Shown here piece by piece: positions 25,222 through 33,978 of a stretch of DNA of 45,261 bases. The notes below the pieces were generated by a model, which was not told the DNA's origin, ran no database searches, and was given only the letters and a program-made list of their open reading frames with translations. Location of the stretch: IMG/VR virus record IMGVR_UViG_3300034127_000011, positions 1-45,261 of that record; one strand, given 5' to 3'. Positions within the stretch are counted from its first letter, which is position 1. Every line of letters starts with the position of its first letter. A program made the position numbers and the translations under genes. The DNA comes from a virus.

Positions 25222-25454
25222 ACATCCTTGAGTATTGCGGTGAGGGTTGTAATAACGCGTTGCTGGTATTCAACAATGTCGGTCAAGCGAGCAATGCCAT
25301 CACGTCGGCGCAGTTCAAGTTGCGAACCCTGCTCATGCGTACGACTTTCCATGCGCTTGATGTTGGCACGGGTCTGTTCAATGCCGCGTGTGGTACGGTT
25401 CAACATGTCTTTTAGTTGCGCTAGTTGCGCAGCGTCAGCAAATAATTTATGCAT
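25218..25454 (-). CDS. Hypothetical coiled-coil protein (78 aa)
   Basis: ATGA coupling to the ParB-like gene. Confidence 0.55.
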   Translation of the reverse strand: MHKLFADAAQLAQLKDMLNRTTRGIEQTRANIKRMESRTHEQGSQLELRRRDGIARLTDIVEYQQRVITTLTAILKDV

Positions 25455-25607
25455 TGTCTTACCCTATGTCAGTTGAATCATTTAAGAAAACAAAGGATGT
25501 GCGTTTTTCAATTTCTTTTGCGATAGAGTGCAGGTAAGCGCGGCTTGCGTAAACGGTAAACCAAACGGTAGAGCCGTTGCTATGTTTGAACTTTAAAAGG
25601 AAGTTAC

Positions 25608-25901
25608 TCACCGTAAGTATCCCCCGAATTGATTAAGCAGTTGCGGCACGCGGTCTAAAAGATCAGGTTGCGCTTGCCTGGGTTGTTCGTACTCGTATTC
25701 AACAGGCCCCGAGCCGACAACCTCTTGGCACTTGAAGGTGATGCGGGTGCCAGCCGGTGCGCGGCTACGCACGCCCTGTTCAATGGCAGGCTTGGCCATG
25801 TTGCAGATGTATTGCCCTACATCGTACTGCGGGAAGTTGGCCACGGTTTCGTTAACGCACGGCTCACCCACCAAACAATAAACCATCAGTAGTTCAAACA
25901 T
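25608..25901 (-). CDS. Hypothetical protein (97 aa)
   Basis: I chose the ATG at 25901, which gives an 8-nt overlap with the upstream stop. The longer track ORF would overlap that gene by 176 nt. Confidence 0.5.
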   Translation of the reverse strand: MFELLMVYCLVGEPCVNETVANFPQYDVGQYICNMAKPAIEQGVRSRAPAGTRITFKCQEVVGSGPVEYEYEQPRQAQPDLLDRVPQLLNQFGGYLR

Positions 25902-26634
25902 TGCGGATAGCCTCAACCATGTTGCGAATGATGGGCGCAACTTCGGCATAACCAAGACCGAGCTCAAGCAGGTCTTTAGCCAGCGCATCTTTAATGGTCT
26001 TGTTGTCTGTTGCGTCAACCTCAAAGCGTCCTGCTGTTGCACCCATGTCGTACGCAGCTTGAGCAACACACGATTGGATAGCCAACTGTTTGGTCAAGGT
26101 GTAGCGCGCCAGCCCCTCTTTAATGGAAGTACCAAGTGCAACAGCTGGGTCACGCGGCCCACGGTCTTTAATGCCAAACTCTTTGAGCGCCCAATGCTTT
26201 ACCGGTTGCTTGCGTAGCTCGTCACCGATAGTGCTGAGTGGAAGGGTGTAGTTGTAGCTGCGAAGTGCCCGCACGGTTGCGGCAAAGTCAACACCGTGAC
26301 CAAGCGCAAAGACTAAACTTTCTTCGTCCATGCCGAAGTTGGAGAACAGCACGCAGGCCGCATCAGCTTCAATTTCGCGGTATTGGTTTTTGCTGTCTTC
26401 AATAGCCGCCAGTTGATACCCGCGTAACTCAGGTTGCTTGTTAGCATCGCTGCTGCGCCACGCTTTGCAGTTGTCGCACTCACAGCAGGGCCAAGCATCG
26501 GTGCCGTCGTGAATAGGGTTGCGGGCTTGCTCAACAACGCGTTGCCAAGCAGAGTTTAGGGATTTGGTAGCTTCGTTAGGTTCGGTGCAATAAATGCAAC
26601 CTGCGCCCCGGCAGTAGCAATTCACGTTGGTCAT
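25894..26634 (-). CDS. Hypothetical protein with an N-terminal Cys-rich zinc-finger-like region (246 aa)
   Basis: It has CYCRGAGCIYC...CCECDNC at the N-terminus and is the first gene after promoter copy B. Confidence 0.65.
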   Translation of the reverse strand: MTNVNCYCRGAGCIYCTEPNEATKSLNSAWQRVVEQARNPIHDGTDAWPCCECDNCKAWRSSDANKQPELRGYQLAAIEDSKNQYREIEADAACVLFSNFGMDEESLVFALGHGVDFAATVRALRSYNYTLPLSTIGDELRKQPVKHWALKEFGIKDRGPRDPAVALGTSIKEGLARYTLTKQLAIQSCVAQAAYDMGATAGRFEVDATDNKTIKDALAKDLLELGLGYAEVAPIIRNMVEAIRNV

Positions 26635-26668
26635 TTTGTCGTTGCTCCGTGTGCGTTCAAGTGTGCGA

Positions 26669-26697
26669 ACAATAGAACGCTAATAACGGTCTGTCAA
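26669..26697 (-). promoter_or_regulatory. Sigma70-type promoter with conserved spacer, copy B
   Basis: The minus strand reads TTGACA-gaccGTTATTAGCGTTC-TATTGT with a 17-nt spacer. Confidence 0.7.
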
Positions 26698-26704
26698 CAG
26701 GTAT

Positions 26705-26727
26705 TAAAAAGCCGCAATTAAGCGGCT
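26705..26727 (-). terminator. Rho-independent terminator (short stem)
   Basis: Stem agccgc/gcggct followed by TTTTT on the minus strand. The stop codon of the upstream gene lies in the loop. Confidence 0.55.
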
Positions 26728-27233
26728 ATGATTTTGCGGGCTGCACTCACAAGGTCCGGGGGTACGTGGTGTATGTTCATGTCCAGCTCAATTGCATCGG
26801 CCACAACGTCAAGGTGACGGCTCACAACGGCCTTTGCCAGCACCGCGTCACGCAGCCCGAGCACCGTACCGAAGTATCGACTGATCAACCCGTCACTGAT
26901 GCCAAGCGCGGTGGCCACGCTGGCGCGGGTTACCTTGGCCAAACCTTCCGCAACGGCCTGATCGAACGCATGGTCGAGGATTTCATTCTTGCGGTCAGCA
27001 GGGCTGAGGCGTGGACACCGTACAGCCAGGTCGGCAGCCATTGTGCCGTTCTTCACCCCGTAGGCTTTCACCTCTTCACGGAATGCGGAAATGCTGCCGT
27101 AGTGGTTGGTGACTGCGAAATGATAGAAGCCGGTGGCCTCACTCATAACCTTGCTGGTCAGGTGACCCAACCCGTGTTTCAAGGCCAGCGCGTGCCCCTT
27201 GATCAATAGTTCCTGCTTTGTGTCGCGTTGCAT
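26718..27233 (-). CDS. Tandem TetR-type HTH DNA-binding protein (171 aa, no ligand-binding domain)
   Basis: ATG at 27233 with a strong TAGGAGGT RBS. There are two TetR_N-like units: TKQELLIKGHALALKHGLGHLTSKVMSEATGF...HYGS and RKNEILDHAFDQAVAEGLAKVTRASVATALGISDGLISRYFG. Confidence 0.6.
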   Translation of the reverse strand: MQRDTKQELLIKGHALALKHGLGHLTSKVMSEATGFYHFAVTNHYGSISAFREEVKAYGVKNGTMAADLAVRCPRLSPADRKNEILDHAFDQAVAEGLAKVTRASVATALGISDGLISRYFGTVLGLRDAVLAKAVVSRHLDVVADAIELDMNIHHVPPDLVSAARKIIAA

Positions 27234-27267
27234 CGCGCAACCTCCTAAGGCGTTAATAACGGGCACT

Positions 27268-27747
27268 TTACAGACTACCGGGGCCAGTTGCAAATAACGC
27301 CCTACCGCCACCGGCAATCACAAGATCAGCCCACGCCTGTTGCGCAAGCTCATGATCATCACCGGTGAACATCCAACCTTCTTCTTTGACCTCAACGCTC
27401 AAGAAGCGGGCAATAAAATAACCATTCATCCACGGTTCAATTTTCACCTTCTCCCATCCAATGAGGTCGGCTGATTTGATCAGTTCGTTCTGCTTCTTTG
27501 ACTCGTTGGCCAGGCCATAGCGCACCATGCGCCCGCCCTTATCCGCCAGGGCACCAACGTTGTTGCGGAATAGGTGAATGTCCTTGTTCGCGGCCTCAAG
27601 ACGAATGAGGGACTGTTGGCGTCCCTCACTGCCCAAAGGCCCATCGACTTCAACAGGGGGCGCGTGCGTCACGCCCATCAGTGTTTCAAGCTCAAGGATG
27701 GCCCCGAAGGGCACCCCGTGTCTTGCCGCCCAACTACGTAGGATCAC
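27268..27747 (-). CDS. VRR-NUC domain nuclease
   Basis: 159 aa. It has SEGRQQ...FRNNVG...ADLIGW...LSVEVKEEG (PD-(D/E)xK with a D...EVK arrangement). GTGA coupling to the upstream gene. Confidence 0.7.
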   Translation of the reverse strand: MILRSWAARHGVPFGAILELETLMGVTHAPPVEVDGPLGSEGRQQSLIRLEAANKDIHLFRNNVGALADKGGRMVRYGLANESKKQNELIKSADLIGWEKVKIEPWMNGYFIARFLSVEVKEEGWMFTGDDHELAQQAWADLVIAGGGRALFATGPGSL

Positions 27748-28754
27748 TTAGGCAACTCACCAAAGATCGCAGTGTATTGCACGCAGGTGAGTTGAGTGCT
27801 GCCGTCAGCGTTGTAAATGCTCAGCAGTGCATGAGCGCGTGCTTTAGCTTTCTTCAACACTCGGCGTTGGCGGTTCAACTTCTTTTCAAGTTCAGCGACA
27901 CCATCAGACCAACCGTGCACGTCATCCGGCGCAACAGCCTCACCTTTCAAAGCATCATCACGCAATCCAGGGCGCGCAGGTTGGTAGTCGAAGCTCGGCA
28001 CGGCTAATTTTGAGTGATGGGTTGCGTGACCCTTGCAGCAAAGATCACCCGGTAATGCAAGCTCTACGCAGTCGAACACGTTGCACATACGCTCTGAGTT
28101 AGCCACGCTGACGGACTCAGCAGGGGTGAAAGGTTTGCCGGCTTCTGGTGGCATTACAGCCGGTGAGCGTGTGCGTTCGATGGGGTGCGTGACGCCGCCA
28201 ACCTCAACACTGTACGAGCGGCGCGGCTCAGGACCATCCTTGTGCACGTTGAACCACACCACCCCGAAGGTGTTAACCGAAACATAGTTTTCAGGTGCGC
28301 GGGCAAATGGCCAAAGCCCACCGGTCTCAGCTTCCTCAACGGTCAGAATGGTTTTAGCTGGCAGCAGACCTGCTGACGCGCCAACCTGCGGGGGGACGTT
28401 GTTGCTCCCGCCTACGAAATATCCGCATTCTGGAAGGGGTGGTGGGGGTACCATAGGCATGACCGGCAATTCAGCAACCGGGGCAGGGTAAGGAATGCCA
28501 AAACGGTCAGTCGGGTACTGAGGCCCGTTGCTGAAATCAGTGCGCGCAATAATCCGTGCGCCACCGTCACCGCCCCTTATGTCGAAAGCCTGCACGTTAG
28601 CAAAGGTATCCTCTTTGCGGCTGTAGCAAACCACACCGTCTGTACTGAATGTTGGCTCTACAGTGTGAACGCGTGCAGTGCCGATGTTGGTTATGCTTGC
28701 CCAAGTCCAGTTGGGACCAAAAGCTTTAAAGATGTCTTGCGTTTGCATAGTCAT
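27744..28754 (-). CDS. Hypothetical protein (336 aa) with a C-terminal Cys/His cluster
   Basis: ATGA coupling to the helicase gene. It has CNVFDCVELALPGDLCCKGHATHH. Confidence 0.65.
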   Translation of the reverse strand: MTMQTQDIFKAFGPNWTWASITNIGTARVHTVEPTFSTDGVVCYSRKEDTFANVQAFDIRGGDGGARIIARTDFSNGPQYPTDRFGIPYPAPVAELPVMPMVPPPPLPECGYFVGGSNNVPPQVGASAGLLPAKTILTVEEAETGGLWPFARAPENYVSVNTFGVVWFNVHKDGPEPRRSYSVEVGGVTHPIERTRSPAVMPPEAGKPFTPAESVSVANSERMCNVFDCVELALPGDLCCKGHATHHSKLAVPSFDYQPARPGLRDDALKGEAVAPDDVHGWSDGVAELEKKLNRQRRVLKKAKARAHALLSIYNADGSTQLTCVQYTAIFGELPK

Positions 28755-30526
28755 GCTGCCTGCTCGTGTGGGTTGGTGTCCGGGAATGGTAGATCATTAA
28801 TAATGTATCCCGCAAGCAGCATTTTAGCGGTGATGCGTTCGCGCAGTTCACGAGCGTCTTGCGCCTTCAAGCACATAGCCGCCAGCACATCCAGCTTGAA
28901 GGTGTGAAAGAAGCGCATGGTTGAGCTTTCGATATCAGCGTTGGGGAACATGCCCGCCCAACAGTTCATCGCGTGCCGCAGGTTGCGTTGTTCCCGTTGC
29001 AGCTCAGCCTGCATGTTGGCAATGTTGCGCCCAATCGCGGTGCCCTGGTGTTGTTGCGCGATGTACTGCGGCCTATCAATCTTGCTTGCGTCACCCCGCA
29101 ACTTGGCCAATTCCTCATCGCTGTACAGATAAATGTCACCGTCAACCACCTGCGGACCTGCACCGCCACTGCTTGACGCTGGCGGGTCTTGCCGCTTGCC
29201 GCAGTGAGGGCACGTGTGATGGATGCGCTCGAAAGGCTTAGCACACTTCTTGTTGTCGCAGTTGCGCAGTGGGATACCATCATCAGCCCCCGAGCGGCTG
29301 CGCGCTGCCAAGCTCCAAAGCTTGTGTTGATCCGGTGGCCCGCCGTGGCGTATCAAGTTGCCCACGTGGTCATGAATCACGCCACGCGGCTTGTCAGACT
29401 GGCTGATAAGCATCAGGCGTTGCAGCGGTGTGTAGGTGTCCCAGGCTGCGGCCAAGATTGGCGAAATCATCAGACGTAGAACACGCCCCCACTGCTGCGC
29501 GTACAGCGAGAACGAAGCGGTTGCGCGGGCCATGATGACAATTTCAATGGCCGGCAAATCGAAGCCCTCACCGAACAGGTCAACGTTGACCAGCATCAGC
29601 AGCTCACGGGCGCGGAACCTGCGCAGGATGTTGCGGCGCTCGGCGCTCGGCGTGTCGGCGGTCACCAGGGCTGCGGGTACACCCGAGCGGTTAAACTGGT
29701 CGGTGAGCTTCTGCGCCTCTTCGATGTTCTGCGCGAAGCAAACACCAAGCTTGCCCATAGCCTCACTGACGTAGGTGCCGACAACCTCCCCTACGAAATA
29801 CTTGGAACTACGCATCAACGCCGCAGCTTCCTCTTTATTGAGTTCGCCGGTCGTTGTGGTCTTCACCTTGGTCAAGTCGAGGTCGTTGACCTTGAAGCCC
29901 CGATAGTCGTAGTCGGTCAGATAGCCGTTGTCGATGCACCAGCGCATGCCGGGGCCTTCAATCATTTCGTCAACGATGCCGTCAAAGTCTCGACCAAGCC
30001 CCTTGCCATCTGCACGGCAAGGTGTGGCGGTGTACAGGATGCCTGCAACCTCATCACTGAAATTGCCGAACACCTCACCCCATTTATTTTTCTTGAGGGC
30101 GTGGTGCCCTTCGTCAATCACCCCGAGCGTTGCACGCCGGAACCGCTCACCCCAATCAGAATTTTTGGACTTCACGGTGTCCACGCTGGCGATTGTCCAA
30201 TCAGCCTTATTCTGATTGATAAAGCTGCGCCCGAATTCCTCATAGTGCTCGGTCTGAATATCCGTCACCGTGTTCTTAGCTGCGGCAACAGAATGCACAA
30301 TCCCCTCACGCGCAAAGGCTTTGGAAATTTGCCCCACCAATTCTTTGCGGTGGGCCATCGATACGCCCCAGCCGTCATGGTGCCGAGCCATGTCGCCCAT
30401 GCAGACGGTTTTACCGCCACCCGTGGGAATCACAACCATCACGTTGCGCTTGCCCCGTGGCAGCGTTCGGTGAGCGTGCCGGGTCTTATCGTTCGCTTCT
30501 TGTTGGAAGCCCCGTAAATTCGCCAT
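28751..30526 (-). CDS. SF2 DEAD/DEAH-box helicase (ResIII-like) with a C-terminal zinc ribbon
   Basis: 591 aa from the ATG at 30526. It has Walker A PTGGGKT, DEGH (VIDEGHHA), TATP, and CDNKKCAKPFERIHHTCPHCGK. Confidence 0.85.
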   Translation of the reverse strand: MANLRGFQQEANDKTRHAHRTLPRGKRNVMVVIPTGGGKTVCMGDMARHHDGWGVSMAHRKELVGQISKAFAREGIVHSVAAAKNTVTDIQTEHYEEFGRSFINQNKADWTIASVDTVKSKNSDWGERFRRATLGVIDEGHHALKKNKWGEVFGNFSDEVAGILYTATPCRADGKGLGRDFDGIVDEMIEGPGMRWCIDNGYLTDYDYRGFKVNDLDLTKVKTTTTGELNKEEAAALMRSSKYFVGEVVGTYVSEAMGKLGVCFAQNIEEAQKLTDQFNRSGVPAALVTADTPSAERRNILRRFRARELLMLVNVDLFGEGFDLPAIEIVIMARATASFSLYAQQWGRVLRLMISPILAAAWDTYTPLQRLMLISQSDKPRGVIHDHVGNLIRHGGPPDQHKLWSLAARSRSGADDGIPLRNCDNKKCAKPFERIHHTCPHCGKRQDPPASSSGGAGPQVVDGDIYLYSDEELAKLRGDASKIDRPQYIAQQHQGTAIGRNIANMQAELQREQRNLRHAMNCWAGMFPNADIESSTMRFFHTFKLDVLAAMCLKAQDARELRERITAKMLLAGYIINDLPFPDTNPHEQAA

Positions 30527-30553
30527 CCTTTGAAATCCCCGTGAAAATAATAT

Positions 30554-30582
30554 TTGCAACCGGCGTTAATTATGCTTAGTCT
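30554..30582 (+). promoter_or_regulatory. Candidate promoter for the plus-strand replication operon, a degenerate member of the conserved family
   Basis: TTGCAA-ccggcGTTAATTATGCT-TAGTCT. Its elements interleave with the divergent minus-strand promoter. Confidence 0.4.
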
Positions 30583-30597
30583 TGCCCAACTTCACAA
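30569..30597 (-). promoter_or_regulatory. Candidate early promoter for the helicase operon
   Basis: The minus strand reads TTGTGA-17 nt-CATAAT, about 35 nt upstream of the ATG at 30526. Confidence 0.4.
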
Positions 30598-30617
30598 CCA
30601 CCCAGGAACACAAAGCA

Positions 30618-31574
30618 ATGCAAATTTCCCTCAGCTTCAACCCGGCAGAAGACAACCACGTAACCGTCACCCGCGTTGTCGATGCAGTTTACGGCGTTAA
30701 GACTTCCCCAAACGCCGCAAGCGTCCCAACGGGCAACAATACGCCTGTCTTGGATGCACCAACGTCGCCCGCTGCGTTGAACGTGGATGCAAGTTCGACG
30801 GTCAATCAATCACCGGTTGTTGCTCCCGGTGTGTCTAGCTTCCCAAACCACTCGACTGCCCCTACAGCGGCGGCATTGGATACCCCTGCCGTGAATGGCC
30901 CTGCGGGTGTCGTGCTTGATAAGAACGGTATCCCTTGGGATGCCCGCATCCACTCGGGTGGTGTGAATGACGACGGCACCCACAAGAAGAACAAAGATGG
31001 TTCGTGGGCCAAAAAGAAAGGCGTTGATGACCTCACCGCCAGCAACATCACCAAAGAGCTGCAAAACCTGATGGCTGCTCAGATTGGCCACGCTGCGCCG
31101 CCTGCTGGTCTGCCTGCCGGTGGTGTGCTGGGCAACCCGGTCAACACCCCGCATCAAGAAGCGGTGCCGCTGCCGACTGACCCAAACGCCTACGTCATTG
31201 CGCCGTCTGGAATCGCGATTGCGCCGATGCCTGCCCCGGTGGCGGAACCTGCACCGACTACATTGCAACCGCAAATCGCACCAATGCCAATGGGCGACGC
31301 GCCGCAGCTCGCCCCAACCGTCGCCCCTATGCCGCTGCCAATCCCGCAACCAGCCGCAGCCCCAACTGACTACAACAGCCTGGCCGTGTGGCTGGCCCCG
31401 AACCTTGAAGAGTCGGGCGGCAAGCTCAAGCGCGAGCACGTTGAACACTTCTGCCGTCAGTGCAACATCGTCAACGCTCAAGGCGTCGGTGAGTTCGCAC
31501 TTGTCGCCAATCGTCCCGACGCGGTGGCCTGGTTGTTCCAAGCGTTCACTCAACAAATTGCGGCGATGGCGTAA
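30618..31574 (+). CDS. Pro/Ala-rich, largely low-complexity protein with one conserved island (318 aa)
   Basis: ATG at 30618 with AGGAA upstream. It has the island LDKNGIPWDARIHSGGVNDDGTHKKNKDGSWAKKKG and a structured C-terminal region of about 70 aa. Confidence 0.65.
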   Translation: MQISLSFNPAEDNHVTVTRVVDAVYGVKTSPNAASVPTGNNTPVLDAPTSPAALNVDASSTVNQSPVVAPGVSSFPNHSTAPTAAALDTPAVNGPAGVVLDKNGIPWDARIHSGGVNDDGTHKKNKDGSWAKKKGVDDLTASNITKELQNLMAAQIGHAAPPAGLPAGGVLGNPVNTPHQEAVPLPTDPNAYVIAPSGIAIAPMPAPVAEPAPTTLQPQIAPMPMGDAPQLAPTVAPMPLPIPQPAAAPTDYNSLAVWLAPNLEESGGKLKREHVEHFCRQCNIVNAQGVGEFALVANRPDAVAWLFQAFTQQIAAMA

Positions 31575-31576
31575 CT

Positions 31577-32734
31577 ATGGAAAACCCACAATTCACACTG
31601 CGCCCCAGCGCTGCTGGGTTGTGGGTTCGGTGTGCGGGCTATGCCACGATGGCGGCTCGCTTTCCCGAACTCCCAGGTGACAACGAGGTACGTGAGCAGG
31701 GTACTGCGGGCCATTGGGCTGCGTACGAGATTGGCAACAACCGCCCTGTACCTGAGGGCACGATTGCACCGAACGGCGTTGAGCTGACTGAGGAAATTCT
31801 AGACGGTGTGGCCGAGTACCTGGCGGTCCTGCGCTCGTGGGGCGTTCCGGTTTATATGGAATCCCAGGTTGCAATCCCGAGCATTCACAAAGAGTGCGGG
31901 GGCACCGTTGACGCCTGGTCATGGGACGCCGTGAAACGCATCCTACGGGTTGCGGATTTGAAACTCGGTTACCGCCCTGTTGATCCTTTCGAGTTGTGGC
32001 AGTTGCTGGCGTACGTCCGTGGGGTGCTTGATTACCTGCAAGCGATTCACGGGATATTCACCGAGCACTTCACCGTTGAAATGATCATTGTGCAACCCCG
32101 TGGTTATGGTCACGACACCGTTAAAACTTGGCGCACCACCAGTGACAAACTGTTCACCTACATGACCACGCTGCGCACTGCGGCAAACAACGCCATTGCA
32201 TACCGCGACGGTAAATTTGACTTGGTGGTTGGTGGCGAGAAAGGCGCCTTTACTGCTGGCCCGCACTGTGAGAACTGTTCGGCCAACGGCGACTGCGCAA
32301 CCTTGCAGAACGCGTCACTTCACTTGGTTGACGTCTCAACGAATCACGGTTCGCTTGAGCTGACGGCCACCCAGGCGGCGGCTGAGCTGCGCCGGTTGGA
32401 TAGGGCCATCAAGGTGATGGAAGCTCGCCAAGCAGGTCTTGAGGGCAAGATAACGCACGCAATCCAGAAGGACGGGTTTATCCATCGCAATTTTGAAATG
32501 AGTGGCGGCAACGGCAAACTTGCATGGCAAGAAGGCAAGGACGTGCAGGCTATCGCGCTCGCTAAAGTGCTCGGTTACGATATTGCTAAACCGCTACAGG
32601 CTTTGACGCCAACCCAGGCGAAAGCCAAAATAGCAGGCACGGTGCTTGACGCTTTTACATGGCGCAAACCCGGCAAGATCAAATTGCAACGCCTGGCAGA
32701 CAATCACGCTGACAAACTTTTCAATCAGGACTAA
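31577..32734 (+). CDS. PD-(D/E)xK (Cas4/RecB-like, DUF2800-type) nuclease
   Basis: 385 aa. It has GTVDAW...VADLKLGY (D...D.K) and a C-terminal Cys cluster, CENCSANGDC. It lies upstream of the SSB and polymerase genes. Confidence 0.65.
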   Translation: MENPQFTLRPSAAGLWVRCAGYATMAARFPELPGDNEVREQGTAGHWAAYEIGNNRPVPEGTIAPNGVELTEEILDGVAEYLAVLRSWGVPVYMESQVAIPSIHKECGGTVDAWSWDAVKRILRVADLKLGYRPVDPFELWQLLAYVRGVLDYLQAIHGIFTEHFTVEMIIVQPRGYGHDTVKTWRTTSDKLFTYMTTLRTAANNAIAYRDGKFDLVVGGEKGAFTAGPHCENCSANGDCATLQNASLHLVDVSTNHGSLELTATQAAAELRRLDRAIKVMEARQAGLEGKITHAIQKDGFIHRNFEMSGGNGKLAWQEGKDVQAIALAKVLGYDIAKPLQALTPTQAKAKIAGTVLDAFTWRKPGKIKLQRLADNHADKLFNQD

Positions 32735-32739
32735 AGACA

Positions 32740-33918
32740 ATGCCTCTTAAAATGCTCTCCCCAACTGGCCGTATCGTTCAAGGTAACCCGCTCTACAAGT
32801 CCCCTGTAACGGAAGACGACGGCAAGACCCAAAAAATCGGCAAGGACAACCAACCGTCTTTCAACTACTGGTTCAACGTGGCGTTCGACAAGCGCGACCC
32901 TGCAACGTGGCCAATGATCTGCGCCATCAAGCAGGACGCAGCAGCCGCGTTCCCTCAGTTGTTCCCTCAGGGCTGGAATCCAAACGCCGCCAACGAAGGT
33001 TGTGTGCGCCCTGACTTTGCGTTCAAGATCAAAGACGGTGACGGGGTTGACCTCAACGGCAAACCGCACGCCAACAAAGAAGGTTGGGGCGGTTGCTACA
33101 TCCTGCAAATCAGCACCTACGCCGGCCAGCCGCGCTGCTATGACGCGTTGAACAACAACGCCCCTATCACCGAGCTTGAGCAAATCCACACCGGCAAGTT
33201 TGTTCGTGTTTCGTTGGATATCAAGAGCAACGGGTGGACGGGTCAGGGCAACAGCAAGCCGGGTATTTTCGTCAACCCTGACGGTGTTCAACTGGTTGGC
33301 CACGGTGCCAAGATTACGAGCGGGCCTGACGCCGCAACTATGTTTGCCGAACCCGTCAGCTCGTACGTTCCGCCAGGTATGTCGCTCACCGCGCCGGTCG
33401 CAGCAATCGCGATGCCTGGTCAGCCTCAGCCAGCTATGCAGATGCCAGGTCAGGCCGCACCTCAGCCTCAGATGACCCCGCCACCACAACCGCAGATGGC
33501 TGCGCCGCAGGCCCCCGTTTACACCATGACCGCAGCGGCGCAGGGCTACACCCGTGAGCAGTGGATTGCCAACGGTCAGACTGATGAAAGCCTGATTGCA
33601 GCCGGGTACATGACCGTCAGCACCCCAGCGCCTGCCCCGGTAATGGTGCCGCAAATGCAGATGCAAACCCCGGCGCCACTCGGCACTATGGGCACTCAGC
33701 CGCAGATGCAAGCACCGATCGTTCAACCAACCCCGGCACCGCAGCCAGTGCCGCAAATGCAGATGGCAACACCAATCCTGCAGTTCACCCAAGCTGCGAT
33801 CACTCCAACCTACACCATGACCGCAGCAGCTCAGGGTTACACCCGTGAGCAGTGGTTGTCGCAACCAGGCATGACCGACCAACAGTTGATTGCAGCAGGC
33901 ATGATGCTCGTTGCCTAA
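32740..33918 (+). CDS. ssDNA-binding protein (DUF2815-like) with a repeat-containing C-terminal extension
   Basis: 392 aa. It has an N-terminal OB-like region of about 200 aa in the DUF2800-DUF2815-polymerase gene order. The C-terminus has PQ-rich linkers and a duplicated module of about 33 aa. Confidence 0.6.
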   Translation: MPLKMLSPTGRIVQGNPLYKSPVTEDDGKTQKIGKDNQPSFNYWFNVAFDKRDPATWPMICAIKQDAAAAFPQLFPQGWNPNAANEGCVRPDFAFKIKDGDGVDLNGKPHANKEGWGGCYILQISTYAGQPRCYDALNNNAPITELEQIHTGKFVRVSLDIKSNGWTGQGNSKPGIFVNPDGVQLVGHGAKITSGPDAATMFAEPVSSYVPPGMSLTAPVAAIAMPGQPQPAMQMPGQAAPQPQMTPPPQPQMAAPQAPVYTMTAAAQGYTREQWIANGQTDESLIAAGYMTVSTPAPAPVMVPQMQMQTPAPLGTMGTQPQMQAPIVQPTPAPQPVPQMQMATPILQFTQAAITPTYTMTAAAQGYTREQWLSQPGMTDQQLIAAGMMLVA

Positions 33919-33939
33919 CTGATCCCTTCCCAACCTACA

Positions 33940-33966
33940 AACCCCGGCGAGTCCGGGGTTTTCTTT
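33940..33966 (+). terminator. Rho-independent terminator or attenuator between the SSB and polymerase genes
   Basis: aaccccgg-cgagt-ccggggtt followed by TTTTCTTT. Confidence 0.7.
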
Positions 33967-33978
33967 GAGTGCACCAAT

